Below are positions 1 through 9,320 of a DNA stretch of 64,000 nt, in pieces. The stretch is from Nannocystis sp. SCPEA4 (GTDB lineage: Bacteria; Myxococcota_A; Polyangia; Nannocystales; Nannocystaceae). The notes beneath the pieces were generated by a model. That model saw only the letters and a program-made list of their open reading frames with translations. It searched no databases and had not been told where the DNA came from. The position numbers were made by a program, and so were the translations under genes. Each line of letters opens with the position of its first letter. Position 1 is the first letter of the stretch. The stretch lies in contig NZ_JAPNJX010000001.1 of assembly GCF_026626685.1 (NCBI RefSeq), positions 140,752 to 204,751 on the forward strand, given 5' to 3'.

Positions 1-1420
1 CCACAGTCGTGCCCATCTGCCGGCCAAGGATCCCGCGGCCCTGCCCGGCCTGCTCGCGCGTCAGGTCCGCAAGGAGCGGCCGCCCGAGATCGCGACCCTG
101 TGCGGCCAGATCGGCCCCAGCGAGTTCTGCTTCGGCGACGCCAGCGCGCTGCTGGTCGTTCGCAAGGAGCAGGCGGCCGTGGTCCTCGACCTGTTCATGT
201 TCCCCGCCGGCACCGGCGCGGCGTGGGACCCCGACCGCGTCCCCGCCATCACCTCGGGCCTGGCCGCCGCTCCGGCGACCCTGCCGGTGCTCTCGACCCT
301 GCGCGGCGACTTCGCGGCCTACGCCGACGCGGCCGCCGTGCCCGCGCTGGCCGAGGTCATCGAGATCGCCGACGCCGTCGGCGACCTGCGCTGGTACGAG
401 CCGTCGCAGCGGTCCGAGCGGGTCACCCGCGCGCTGAACCAGCGCGCCGCGCTCGAGCAGCTGCGCGAGACCCGGCGCATGTTCGCCGGCATGCGCCTCG
501 AGGCCTCGGTCGATCCCGAGACTGTCCAGATGACCATGTCCTGGGAGCCAGCCGACGGCGCGGCCGCCGACCTGGCCGAAAAGACATTCTCGCGCGCCCA
601 GGCCGGCGTCGGCGTGCCCACGCTGGCCGGTTTGTGCGACGGCGCCCTGGCGTGCTGGCGCAGCTCCGGCCTGCCCGCGTTCGCCGGGCTCGGCGAGCTC
701 GCCATCGGCCTCTACGGCCGCGACGAGCGGGCCTTCAAGGACGCGATCGACAACGCCGGCGACTTCGGCCCGGTCGTCGTCATGCTCGAGACCTGGCCGA
801 GCGCGCTCGGCATGGTCGAGCGGTGGGGCCGCGAGCAGAAGGGCATGGAGGCCGGCATCATCCGCACCGTGCTCGACATCGTCGGCCGCGTCGAGGGCAC
901 CGGCGGCAGCCTGCGCAGCTTGCAATTCGCCGACCGCAACGTGCAGACCGACTACGTCGCCTACTCGCGCGTGCAGGGCCAGGATCTGGCGCTGTTCCGC
1001 TCGCTCGTCGGCCTGTCCTCGCTGCGCTTCTCGCCGGCCACCGTCCCCGGCGTCGACGCCAAGGTCGAGTCGGCCAGCATCCCCGGCGCCGACGCCCCGG
1101 CGCAGTTCTTCCTCGTCACCGACCCGGGCACCGTGCGCCTCGCCGACAAGGACGTCGAGTTCGGCTGGATCGTCGTCGCCGACGGCCAGGACCGCCTGAA
1201 GTGGATGCTCGCCGACCTCGAGCGCGACAAGGAGACGAACCCCGCCTTCTACGGCGAGCTGCCCGACCTGTGGCGGCTGGTCTCGAGCTTCGAGGGCGGA
1301 CCGCGCGACGCCGGCTTCCTGCAGTCGTGGCTGACCGGCCGCGGCTTCCGCCTGGCCGCCGACGTCGTCGGCGGCCGCGTCCGCCTCGACGTCGAGTTCG
1401 CGCGCCGACCCGCGAAGTGA
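1..1420 (+). CDS. Large secreted/lipoprotein-family protein, 5' end outside window; paralog of CDS 19542..21374
   Basis: Frame 2 is open from nt 2 through the track ORF 179..1420. Protein-like composition. Clear collinear similarity to 19542..21374 (e.g. RVPAITSGLAAAPATLP vs RVAAITSALATTPAELP; SWEPADGAAADLAEKTF..LCDGALAC vs SWEPVDDEAARTVERLF..LCHEALAC; LETWPSAL vs LETWPNLI). Confidence 0.6.
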   Translation, partial: HSRAHLPAKDPAALPGLLARQVRKERPPEIATLCGQIGPSEFCFGDASALLVVRKEQAAVVLDLFMFPAGTGAAWDPDRVPAITSGLAAAPATLPVLSTLRGDFAAYADAAAVPALAEVIEIADAVGDLRWYEPSQRSERVTRALNQRAALEQLRETRRMFAGMRLEASVDPETVQMTMSWEPADGAAADLAEKTFSRAQAGVGVPTLAGLCDGALACWRSSGLPAFAGLGELAIGLYGRDERAFKDAIDNAGDFGPVVVMLETWPSALGMVERWGREQKGMEAGIIRTVLDIVGRVEGTGGSLRSLQFADRNVQTDYVAYSRVQGQDLALFRSLVGLSSLRFSPATVPGVDAKVESASIPGADAPAQFFLVTDPGTVRLADKDVEFGWIVVADGQDRLKWMLADLERDKETNPAFYGELPDLWRLVSSFEGGPRDAGFLQSWLTGRGFRLAADVVGGRVRLDVEFARRPAK

Positions 1421-1438
1421 CGATTTCACAATACGCGC

Positions 1439-1465
1439 GAGGCGCGGCCACGCGGCCGCGCCCTC
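1439..1465. terminator. Bidirectional GC hairpin GAGGCGCGGCC-acgc-GGCCGCGCC(c)TC between convergent genes
   Basis: Lies between stops at 1420(+) and 1492(-). Confidence 0.45.
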
Positions 1466-1491
1466 ACGTCATTCACGCCCTCGACATGGAC

Positions 1492-3012
1492 TCAGCCGCA
1501 CAGGCCGTAGCACTCGTCGACGCAGGCCGTATTGCACGTGCAGAAGATCTGCTCGTTGTAGAGGTCGATGACCGCGGCGTCGACGTTCTCGGCGCACATG
1601 TAGAAGCACTCCTGCGTATCGCACCCCTCGATGCAGGTCTCGAGCGCCTTGCAGGCCGCGTTGGCGGCGCAGGCGTCGTTCTGCGGCTTGCAGACGCCGG
1701 CCTCGTTGTCCGCCGCGCACGCGTTGCAGGCATTGTTGCCGTTGCAGGTGCCATTGAGGCACGTATCCGGGCCGACGCAGGTGTTGCCGCAGTCGCCGCA
1801 ATTGCTCGGGTCGAACTGCACGTCGACGCATTCGTCGTCGCACACCGCCTCGCCGGGATTGCAGCCCTGGAACGAGTGGTACTCCGTCGAGCTGGTGACG
1901 ATGTGCAGGAACCCGACCGGCTGCACGGTGACGCCGGTGAGCTCGCCCTTGGTCGTCAGGTCCTTGTACACGTCGACGCGCTGGCGCTGGATCGACACCG
2001 TGATGTTCGCCGCCGGCTCGCCGCCGACGGCCGCCTCGAGCGCCGCGCGCGGGATGTCGAAGCTGCCGCTCGGGTCGTCGGCCTTGCAGGTGATCGTGCC
2101 AGTGGCGAAGTTGCTGCTGGTGACCGTCGCGGTGATCGTGACCTCGCCGTCGCCCGGGGTCCAGCGCACCGGCAGCGGGCCGGAGCCGAACACCTCGGCG
2201 AAGCCGAGCGTGTCGAGCTTCGGGCTGCTCTGGATGAACTCCGTCCCCGTGAACTCCTTGTCGAACGCCTCGAAGCCGGCGTTGCTGGCGCCCGACGCCT
2301 GCACGGAGGCGGTGCCGCCGGGAGCGAAGGGCGACGCGCTGTCGTCGCTCATGAACGCGTAGGGCGGGAACAGGGTGATCGGGATCGGCGTATTGAGGAA
2401 GGTCAGCGCGCCGGCGTCGAACGACTCGATCTTCTTGCAACCGGGCGTGCCCGGGGCCGGGAAGTAACACACCTCGTCGGGCGCGCACTGGGCGTCGCAG
2501 ATCGGCTGGCATGCCGCCTTGCACCCGTCGTCGAAGCCGCAGTACTCGTCGACGTCGCAGCCGGAGCCGCAATCGGGCACCAGCGCCAGCTCGCACCCGG
2601 CGACGTTCTCGGTGCAGCCCTTGAACCCGCCGGCGTCGGCGTCGGGGATGAAGCTCGCGTACACCGTCGGCGTGGTCGCGCCCCCGGCCGAGGGGTGGCT
2701 CTCGCCGAGGAGGATCGTGCCGAGCGCGTGAGGACCGTCCTGCGGACCACCTGTCGGGTCGTCGGTGTCGGTTCCACCCTCGGTGGGATCGCCCGTCGGG
2801 TCGCCGGACGGGTCGCCGGACGGGTCGCCAGACGGGTCGCCGGACGGATTGCCGGACGGGTTGTTGGTGGTCGGGCCCGCGGTGATCGTCGCGGTCGCGG
2901 TCAGCAGGGGATTGCTGTCGTCCCCGCACGCGGGGAGCGAGAAGAGTCCGAGGCCGGCCACGACGAGCGCGGCCGCGTGAGAGACAGAGAGGGGGTGCTT
3001 CAAGGAGTCCAT
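1492..3012 (-). CDS. Cysteine-rich secreted lipoprotein (hypothetical)
   Basis: Track ORF 1492..3420(-). Probable start at Met MDSLKHPLSVSHAAALVVAGLGLFSLPAC (lipobox LPAC). Pro/Ser/Gly/Asp linker, then a Cys-rich C-terminus with NCGDCGNTC-type motifs. Alternative start MKKL at 3108. Confidence 0.7.
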   Translation of the reverse strand: MDSLKHPLSVSHAAALVVAGLGLFSLPACGDDSNPLLTATATITAGPTTNNPSGNPSGDPSGDPSGDPSGDPTGDPTEGGTDTDDPTGGPQDGPHALGTILLGESHPSAGGATTPTVYASFIPDADAGGFKGCTENVAGCELALVPDCGSGCDVDEYCGFDDGCKAACQPICDAQCAPDEVCYFPAPGTPGCKKIESFDAGALTFLNTPIPITLFPPYAFMSDDSASPFAPGGTASVQASGASNAGFEAFDKEFTGTEFIQSSPKLDTLGFAEVFGSGPLPVRWTPGDGEVTITATVTSSNFATGTITCKADDPSGSFDIPRAALEAAVGGEPAANITVSIQRQRVDVYKDLTTKGELTGVTVQPVGFLHIVTSSTEYHSFQGCNPGEAVCDDECVDVQFDPSNCGDCGNTCVGPDTCLNGTCNGNNACNACAADNEAGVCKPQNDACAANAACKALETCIEGCDTQECFYMCAENVDAAVIDLYNEQIFCTCNTACVDECYGLCG

Positions 3013-3461
3013 CCTGGGGTCGACCGTCGACACGACGGAGGCCCGCACGACGCAACGCCGGAGCGCGTATTGCCCGAGCCCGGCGATTGCTCGCGTGAGC
3101 TTCTTCATCAGGGCGTCCCCTTCGTGACGCGCTAGCTCCAGTTCGACGCCCGGCACATCACGCGACGCTGTTGACGAGTCGCTCGCGATCTGTCTCGGAC
3201 GCGTGGAATCCGATCGCGCGCCGGCCGAGCGACGCGCTCGAATCAACCTGTCCCGAAGTTCATGTGCTCTGTCCTCCCCCGCCGCGCTCGAACGACCCCC
3301 GATCGCTCGAGTCCGGTGGTTACCGACGCGCGATGCGCCGCGCCTTTCCAGCGGAGGCCGCTCGTGTCCGAGCCCGGCGGAACCACGGGTGGGCGAGCCC
3401 CTGCTGGACTCTCCCTCCACCCCGCGGCATCGTGCCTGCCCTCACCACCGCGGAGAGCTCC

Positions 3462-4379
3462 ATGAACACGACTCGCACTCCAAGCATGCATCGTCTCGGC
3501 GCCGTCATGGGCCTCGGGCTCTCGCTCGCCATGTTCGCCTGCGGCGGGGGCGGCGGCAGCACCGACACCACCACGGGCACGGCCGGCACCACGACCGGCA
3601 GCACGGGCCTCACGACCGGCACGACGGGCCCCACGACGGGCAGCACGACCGCGCCCACGAGCGGCACCTCTGTTGACGACACCACGACCTCGTCGACGTC
3701 CCCGACCACCACGACCGGCGACGGCACCACGACCACCTCCACCAGCAACACGACCACCGACGCGACCACGACCTCGTCGACCTCCACCGGCAACGAGGCC
3801 GAGCCGTCGCTCAGCTTCTTCGTGTCGAGCACCGGGAGCCCCACCGCGAACCTCGGCGGGCTCGAGGGCGCCGACCAGCGCTGCCAGGAGCTCGCCGAGG
3901 CCGTCGGCGCCGGCGCGAAGACGTGGCACGCCTACCTCAGCATCGAGAACGGCCCGAACGACCAGCCGGTCCACGCCAGGGACCGGATCGGCACGGGGCC
4001 CTGGTACAACGCCGACCTCGTGATGGTCGCCACCGACCTGGCCGATCTTCACACCAAGGACGGGTACGCCGCCATCTTCCTCGACGAGAAGGGCGACATG
4101 GTGCCCGGACAGTGGGATGGTTCGCCCGCTCCGAATCAGCACGACATCCTCACCGGCACGAACAAGGACGGCACCGTCCTCCCCGGGAAGACGTGCGCCG
4201 ACTGGACCTCGGAAGATCCGGCCCTGTTCGCCCAGGTCGGCCACTCCGACGGCCTCGGGCCGATGGGCAACGACGCCGAGCAGTACAGGTCGTGGAACTC
4301 CGTGCACGAGAACGGCGGCTGTCACGACACCGCCCCCAAGGGCGGCGCAGGCCGGATCTACTGCTTCGCCATCGATTGA
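3462..4379 (+). CDS. Lipoprotein with Thr/Gly-rich linker and C-terminal globular domain (hypothetical)
   Basis: Track ORF 3171..4379. GGAGAG SD-like sequence 5 nt before ATG 3462. Signal MNTTRTPSMHRLGAVMGLGLSLAMFACGG (lipobox). Long T/G/S linker, then a ~190-aa Trp/Cys-containing domain. Confidence 0.7.
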   Translation: MNTTRTPSMHRLGAVMGLGLSLAMFACGGGGGSTDTTTGTAGTTTGSTGLTTGTTGPTTGSTTAPTSGTSVDDTTTSSTSPTTTTGDGTTTTSTSNTTTDATTTSSTSTGNEAEPSLSFFVSSTGSPTANLGGLEGADQRCQELAEAVGAGAKTWHAYLSIENGPNDQPVHARDRIGTGPWYNADLVMVATDLADLHTKDGYAAIFLDEKGDMVPGQWDGSPAPNQHDILTGTNKDGTVLPGKTCADWTSEDPALFAQVGHSDGLGPMGNDAEQYRSWNSVHENGGCHDTAPKGGAGRIYCFAID

Positions 4380-4396
4380 GCGGTGCGCCGCTCGGC

Positions 4397-5263
4397 TCAC
4401 GCCTCGGCGTCGAAGCCGGTCGCGCGCGCCAGCGCCTCGGACCTGTCGACGTCCGCGGCGATGAGCGCCAGCTTGGCGCGGATCTGGTCGACCGCGTCGC
4501 CGCCGAGCGGGAGGCGCAGCGGGACCTCGGGGCGCGCCACGACATCGGCGATCACGCGCGCAGCTTTGGCTGGATCGCCGCCCTGTTCGCCGTCAGTCTG
4601 CCGCACCCACGACCGCATCGCGCCGACCGTCGCGGCGTAGGCGTCGAGCGCGGGCATGTGGCGGAACGCCGCGCCGAACAGGGACGTGCGGAACGCCCCC
4701 GGCTCGACCACCAGCACGCGCACGCCGTGCGGCTGCACCTCCGCCGCCAGGCTCTCGGACAGCGCCTCGAGCGCGTGCTTGGCCGCGCAGTAGGGCCCGA
4801 ACCCGGGCGCCGTGGTGATGCCGCCGACGCTGGTGATCTGCACGATCGTCCCGCTCCGGCGCGCGCGCATGTGCAGCAGGACCTCGCGGGTGGTCGCGAC
4901 CGCGGCGAAGAACATCAGCTCCATCGTCGCCCGCAGCGCCGCCTCGTCGGTCTCCTCGACCGCGCCGAGGATGCTAAAGCCGGCGTTGTTGACCAGCACG
5001 TCGATGCGGCCGAACCGGGCCACCGCGGCGGCCACCGCGGCGCGCACCTGCTCCGGGCGGGTGACGTCGAGCTCGGCGAGCTGCACGCGATCGGGGGCCT
5101 TCGCGGCGAGGTCGGCGAGCGCCTCGGGCCGGCGCGCGGTGGCCACGACGCAGTCGCCGCGGGCGACGACCTCCTCGACGATCGCGCGGCCGAACCCGGA
5201 GGACGAGCCGGTGACGAACCAGACTCTGGACGTTGCAGTGGTGTTGTCGGCGTGGGTGCTCAT
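4397..5263 (-). CDS. Short-chain dehydrogenase/reductase (SDR) family oxidoreductase
   Basis: TGSSSGFG Rossmann motif, NNAG, catalytic Y-x3-K (YCAAKHA). 288 aa. Convergent with upstream lipoprotein, divergent from LysR. Confidence 0.9.
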   Translation of the reverse strand: MSTHADNTTATSRVWFVTGSSSGFGRAIVEEVVARGDCVVATARRPEALADLAAKAPDRVQLAELDVTRPEQVRAAVAAAVARFGRIDVLVNNAGFSILGAVEETDEAALRATMELMFFAAVATTREVLLHMRARRSGTIVQITSVGGITTAPGFGPYCAAKHALEALSESLAAEVQPHGVRVLVVEPGAFRTSLFGAAFRHMPALDAYAATVGAMRSWVRQTDGEQGGDPAKAARVIADVVARPEVPLRLPLGGDAVDQIRAKLALIAADVDRSEALARATGFDAEA

Positions 5264-5332
5264 GGCGGTCTCCTGCGTGCAAGCTAGGCGGCCGGGCCGC
5301 GGCGGAGAAGCTCGCGAATTGCCGTTCGCTTT

Positions 5333-5345
5333 TTAGTTCTGCTAA
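5333..5345. promoter_or_regulatory. Candidate LysR-type T-N11-A operator (TTAGTTCTGCTAA, inverted TTAG/CTAA) in SDR-LysR divergent region
   Basis: Seen in sequence 11 nt upstream of the LysR start, in the 92-nt divergent intergenic region. Fits the classical T-N11-A dyad used by LTTRs for autoregulation and divergent target control. Confidence 0.4.
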
Positions 5346-5355
5346 TCAATCGCCC

Positions 5356-6258
5356 ATGCACGACCTCTCGGGCCTGACGGCGCTCCTGGTGGTGGCCGAC
5401 AAGCGCAGCTTCACGGCCGCGGCGGCGGAGTTGCGCGTCACGCCCTCGGCAGTGAGCCAGACCGTCCGCGCGCTCGAGGAGCGCCTCGGCGTGCGGCTGC
5501 TGCAGCGGACCACGCGGAGCGTCGGCCTCACCGAGGCTGGCGCGCGCTTCGTCGCCCAGCTCCGGCCGGCGATGGCGGGCGTCCAGGCGGCCTACGAGGC
5601 GCTCGACGAGGTGCGCGGGCGGCCGGCGGGGACGCTGCGCCTCAACGTCCCGCGGGTCGCCAGCCGCTGGGTGCTGGAGCCGATCCTGGCCGCGTTCATG
5701 GCCGCGTACCCCGAGATCCGCCTCGACATCACGACCGACGACGGCTTCACCGACATCGTCGCGCAGGGCTTCGACGCCGGCATCCGGATCGGCGAGATGC
5801 TCGACAAGGACGTCGTCGCCGTCCGGCTGTCCGACGACATGCGCAGCGCGGTGGTCGGCTCGCCGGCGTACTTCGCCGCCCGTGGCAAGCCGAAGCACCC
5901 GCGCGAGCTGCTCGCGCACGAATGCATCAACTACCGTCGGGTCAGCAGCGGCGCCGTCTATCGCTGGGAGTTCACCGACAAGGGCCGAGACATCAGCCTC
6001 GCCGTCGACGGCCGGCTCGTCACCAACGAGTACGACGTCATGGTGCGCGCCGCCCTCGACGGGGTCGGCCTCGCGTACCTGCTCGAGAACTCGGTCACCG
6101 AGGCGCTGGTCGACAAGCGCCTCGTCCGCGTCCTCACCGCCTACTGCCCCCCCTTCCCCGGCCTCTTCCTCTACTACCCGAGCCGCACGCAGGTGCCGCC
6201 CAAGCTGCGCGCGCTGGTCGAGTTCCTGCGGGCCCGCCGGCGCGCCGCGGCGCGATGA
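5356..6258 (+). CDS. LysR-family transcriptional regulator
   Basis: N-terminal HTH MHDLSGLTALLVVADKRSFTAAAAELRVTPSAVSQTVRALEERLGVRLLQRTTRSV, followed by the LysR substrate-binding fold. Start ATG 5356 chosen over upstream junk Met at 5233. Divergent from SDR. Confidence 0.9.
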   Translation: MHDLSGLTALLVVADKRSFTAAAAELRVTPSAVSQTVRALEERLGVRLLQRTTRSVGLTEAGARFVAQLRPAMAGVQAAYEALDEVRGRPAGTLRLNVPRVASRWVLEPILAAFMAAYPEIRLDITTDDGFTDIVAQGFDAGIRIGEMLDKDVVAVRLSDDMRSAVVGSPAYFAARGKPKHPRELLAHECINYRRVSSGAVYRWEFTDKGRDISLAVDGRLVTNEYDVMVRAALDGVGLAYLLENSVTEALVDKRLVRVLTAYCPPFPGLFLYYPSRTQVPPKLRALVEFLRARRRAAAR

Positions 6259-6589
6259 GCTGCCCGCACGGCGGCGAGACGTCGCCGACGTGAAATTGGG
6301 TGAAAGTCGGCGGCCGCGGTCGATCCCCGATCAAGGAAGTCGCCTCGTCGCGTCCGCGAAACCGCGCCCGCGTCGCGGCGAAAAAAACCAGCGACCGCGT
6401 GTCAGGAACCGCCGCGCCCGAGGAACACCCTTCTGAAGCCGGACGCTCTCCGCAACCGGCTCGAACGAGCCCTCGCCCGTCGATAGTGGGCGTTCGCACG
6501 TCCTCCTCGCGCGGCCATTGCGGCCATTCGAGCGGACCTCGTACGCCCGAACAACCGCGCATTCCCATTGAACCATCGCAAAGGCCATC

Positions 6590-7399
6590 ATGCACAAGCA
6601 CATTCGTACCCTGTTCGCCGCATCGTTCCTCTGCTCCGTCGCCTCGGCCCTCACGCTGTCGGCCTGTGACGCGCCGAATGACGGCGCCACCCCCGAGTCG
6701 CAGCCGACGCTGCTCACGCCCGCGCAGCTCGGCCTCGGCGACGGCTGGACCGAGCAGGAGCAGGGGCTGTGGAGCCGGATCGGCGCCGACGGTGTGGAGG
6801 AGTTCGTCGGCGTCGGCGCGCCGGGCAAGCTGCACGGGCTGGCCAGCCTGTACGCCGCCGAGGAGCAGCTCGCCATCGCGGCCGAGGTCGAGGGCGCCGA
6901 CAAGGAGAAGACGCAGGCGCAGCTGGCGGAGCTCCGCGCGCTCATCGTCGACATCGAGAACACGGAGATCGTGAACCCGACCGACGAGCAGTCGTTCCGC
7001 TGCCAGGCCCAGCTGACGCACAACGCGTCGGCCGGCCCGGGCTCCTGCAACGCCGTCCAGGCCAACGCGTCGGTGACCTACAACAATTACTGCAACACCG
7101 TGCAGGAGAGCATCTACACCTATACCTCCGCGACCTGCGGCGTCGTCACCACGACCCATAGCTGCGGCTGGAAGACCGGCACGAACGTCAGCTGCAGCTC
7201 GTACTCGACCCTGTCCTCCGCGACCGACTCCTGCAATTCCTACGCGTACGCGACGAGCAACTACTACTCGACCTGGAAGGACAACACGGTCAAGGGCTAC
7301 TGCGAGCCAGAGGTGACCTGCGGCCCGTGCCCCGGCAACTACGACTGCCACTGCGGCGAGTGGGAGGGCTGCATCCCGCGCAATCAGCTGTGCCGCTGA
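6590..7399 (+). CDS. Cysteine-rich lipoprotein (hypothetical)
   Basis: Signal MHKHIRTLFAASFLCSVASALTLSAC (lipobox LSAC), AAGG SD. C-terminal Cys/Ser/Thr/Tyr-rich region. Confidence 0.7.
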   Translation: MHKHIRTLFAASFLCSVASALTLSACDAPNDGATPESQPTLLTPAQLGLGDGWTEQEQGLWSRIGADGVEEFVGVGAPGKLHGLASLYAAEEQLAIAAEVEGADKEKTQAQLAELRALIVDIENTEIVNPTDEQSFRCQAQLTHNASAGPGSCNAVQANASVTYNNYCNTVQESIYTYTSATCGVVTTTHSCGWKTGTNVSCSSYSTLSSATDSCNSYAYATSNYYSTWKDNTVKGYCEPEVTCGPCPGNYDCHCGEWEGCIPRNQLCR

Positions 7400-7480
7400 G
7401 GCGCGACCGCGGTGAATGTCACGACCGCGCCGGCGATCGCCGGCGCAGTCGTGCGTGCCACGAGCAGCACCGTGTCTCAT

Positions 7481-7525
7481 TGTGCGCGAAATCGCTCCTT
7501 TCGATTTCGCGCACAGTCGTTTCTC
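7481..7525 (+). terminator. Hairpin terminator candidate after lipoprotein gene (TGTGCGCGAAATCG-ctccttt-CGATTTCGCGCACA, then gtcgtttctc)
   Basis: Perfect 14-bp stem with 7-nt loop, 82 nt past the stop at 7399, followed by a T-containing tract. Confidence 0.5.
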
Positions 7526-7566
7526 CCGCCAATTCTCGATCCTGGCCCCGAATAAACTTCATCCTT

Positions 7567-7580
7567 GACTTATATAAGTC
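7567..7580. promoter_or_regulatory. Perfect 14-bp palindrome GACTTATATAAGTC (AT-rich) in ArsR promoter region; candidate ArsR/SmtB operator overlapping -35-like TTGACT
   Basis: Only AT-rich island in this stretch, 22 nt upstream of the arsR-like GTG start. ArsR/SmtB repressors bind imperfect or perfect dyads overlapping their own promoter. Confidence 0.45.
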
Positions 7581-7601
7581 GCCCTTGATAGTCCTCCTTC
7601 C

Positions 7602-7961
7602 GTGCACGCGTTCGACATCCTGGGCGACCCGGTGCGGCGCCGGATCCTCGAGTTGCTGGCTGACGGCGAGCAATCCTCGGGGGCCCTCACCACGGTGATT
7701 CAGGATGAATTCGGGATCTCCCAGCCGGCGGTATCGCAGCACCTGCGGGTCTTGCGGGACCACGGATTCGCCACGGTGCGGCCCGAGGGCACCCGTCGTC
7801 TCTATGCAGTCAGCGCCGAGCGGCTGCAGGAGGTCGACGTGTGGCTCGAGCGGTTCCGTCGTTTCTGGGACCAGCGCCTGGATGCGCTGGCCACCGAGAT
7901 CGCGCGCGGCAAACGCGAACGACGAATGAAGGCCGACGCCACGGAGAAGGAAGACCCATGA
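7602..7961 (+). CDS. ArsR/SmtB-family transcriptional regulator
   Basis: HTH: RRRILELLADGEQSSGALTTVIQDEFGISQPAVSQHLRVLRDHGF. 119 aa, GTG start. The downstream AHSA1-like gene start overlaps its stop at the ATGA motif 7958..7961. Confidence 0.85.
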   Translation: MHAFDILGDPVRRRILELLADGEQSSGALTTVIQDEFGISQPAVSQHLRVLRDHGFATVRPEGTRRLYAVSAERLQEVDVWLERFRRFWDQRLDALATEIARGKRERRMKADATEKEDP

Positions 7962-8596
7962 TCGACATCATCCGACAGATCAGCGCAATTCATCGCGAAG
8001 TTGCCCGTCGCACCGCCGTCACCGGCGGTCCCGGCATCTCGGTGTCGCTGCAGCGCACGTACGACGCCCCGCCGGCCGACGTGTGGGACGCCATCACCAA
8101 CCCCGAGCGGATCAAGCGGTGGTTCGTGCCGATCAGCGGTGATCTGCGCCAGGGCGGCAAGTTTCAGCTGCAGGGCAACGCCGGCGGCGACATTCTCCAC
8201 TGCGAGCCGCCGAAGATGTTGCGGCTGACCTTCGGCGGCGCGACCAGCATCGTCGAGATCCGGCTGTTCGCGACCGACGGCGACACCACGCGGCTCGAGC
8301 TCGAGCACAACGTCCCCAGCGACATCGCCCCCAGCGGGGCCGGCTCGCTGTTCGTCGGCCCCGGCTGGGACGGCGGCCTGCTCGGCCTCGATCTGTTCCT
8401 CCGCGGCCAGGCTCCCGAGGATCCGGTCAAGGCCGCCAGCTCTCCGGAGGTTCAGGAGTTCTCGCGCCAGTCCGCCCACGCCTGGGCCGCGGCCATCGCC
8501 GCTTCCGGCACCGCCACCGCCGACGAGATCGCCGGGGCGTTGCAGGCCTCGCTCGCGCACTTCGCCCCCGACGTCCGCGACCCCTCGGCCTCCTGA
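7958..8596 (+). CDS. SRPBCC/AHSA1 (activator of Hsp90 ATPase homolog)-like domain protein
   Basis: Start at MIDIIRQISAIHREV (M40 of the 7841..8596 track ORF), 4-nt overlap with arsR. Typical ArsR plus AHSA1/SRPBCC pair. Motifs include WDAITNPERIKRWF. Confidence 0.8.
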   Translation: MIDIIRQISAIHREVARRTAVTGGPGISVSLQRTYDAPPADVWDAITNPERIKRWFVPISGDLRQGGKFQLQGNAGGDILHCEPPKMLRLTFGGATSIVEIRLFATDGDTTRLELEHNVPSDIAPSGAGSLFVGPGWDGGLLGLDLFLRGQAPEDPVKAASSPEVQEFSRQSAHAWAAAIAASGTATADEIAGALQASLAHFAPDVRDPSAS

Positions 8597-8610
8597 TCGT
8601 GCGCATCACC

Positions 8611-8632
8611 GGGCCGCGCACGCGCGCGGCCC
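8611..8632 (+). terminator. GC hairpin GGGCCGCGC-acgc-GCGCGGCCC after AHSA1-like gene (no U tract)
   Basis: Perfect 9-bp stem and 4-nt loop, 15 nt past the stop. Confidence 0.45.
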
Positions 8633-8678
8633 TGGCCGCTGGCTCCGCCGCGTCCGACGTGCGACCCTCGCCGGTCCC

Positions 8679-9266
8679 ATGAACCAGATCCGCGCCGAAT
8701 TCGACGCGCGCACGATCGTCGTCTACCAGGCATACGGCCCCGCGATCGCCCGGCCGGCGATCGCCGCGCGCCGGTTCGTGCCGCCGTTTTCGCGGACGCG
8801 CATGACGTGGATCAAGCCCTCGTTCCTGTGGCTGATGGAGCGCAGCAATTGGGGCCAGAAGTCGGGCCAGGAGCACATCCTGGCCGTCCGGATCTCGCGG
8901 GCCGGCTGGGAGGAGGCGCTGACCGCCGCGGTGCTCACGAGCCACGACCCGCGGGTCTATCGCGACCACGACGACTGGCGCGCCCGCTTCGACGCCGCGC
9001 CCGTGCACGTGCAATGGGACCCCGAGCGCTCGCTCCGCGGCGCCGGCCTCAATCACAACAGCATCCAGGTCGGCCTGTCGCGCCACGTCATCGAGCGCTT
9101 CGTCGACGCCTGGACCGTCGACATCACCGACCTCACCCCGCTCGTGCGCAAGATCCACGAGCACCTCAAGGCCGGTCGCGAGCCGCGGGCCAGGGCCCTG
9201 CTGCCGCCCGAGAAGCCCTACCCGCTGTCGCCCGCGCTCGCCCGCATGATCGGCGCGAGCGCGTGA
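8679..9266 (+). CDS. Hypothetical protein, DUF4291-like
   Basis: 195 aa, balanced composition (W/Y/H/F present): MNQIRAEFDARTIVVYQAYGPAIA...MTWIKPSFLWLMERSNWGQK. Family assignment from memory only. Confidence 0.6.
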   Translation: MNQIRAEFDARTIVVYQAYGPAIARPAIAARRFVPPFSRTRMTWIKPSFLWLMERSNWGQKSGQEHILAVRISRAGWEEALTAAVLTSHDPRVYRDHDDWRARFDAAPVHVQWDPERSLRGAGLNHNSIQVGLSRHVIERFVDAWTVDITDLTPLVRKIHEHLKAGREPRARALLPPEKPYPLSPALARMIGASA

Positions 9267-9270
9267 AACA

Positions 9271-9294
9271 GGCCGCGAGCGCTCGCTCGCGGCC
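9271..9294. terminator. Bidirectional hairpin GGCCGCGAGC-gctc-GCTCGCGGCC between convergent DUF4291-like and DJ-1 genes
   Basis: Perfect 10-bp stem and 4-nt loop, placed between stops at 9266(+) and 9321(-). Confidence 0.5.
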
Positions 9295-9320
9295 GCGTGG
9301 GATGACCGAGCTTCGACCGC

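Noticed and set aside
100-3135. 1011-aa plus-strand ORF (with 1469..3055(-) 528 aa and other long Arg/Gly/Ala-rich ORFs)
   Set aside because: Extreme Arg/Ala/Gly/Pro composition typical of off-frame or antisense translation in 70% GC DNA. Overlaps well-supported genes in other frames.
6259-6589. A7 run and GC-rich pseudo-hairpins as a terminator after the LysR gene
   Set aside because: No clean stem directly preceding a T-tract on either strand.
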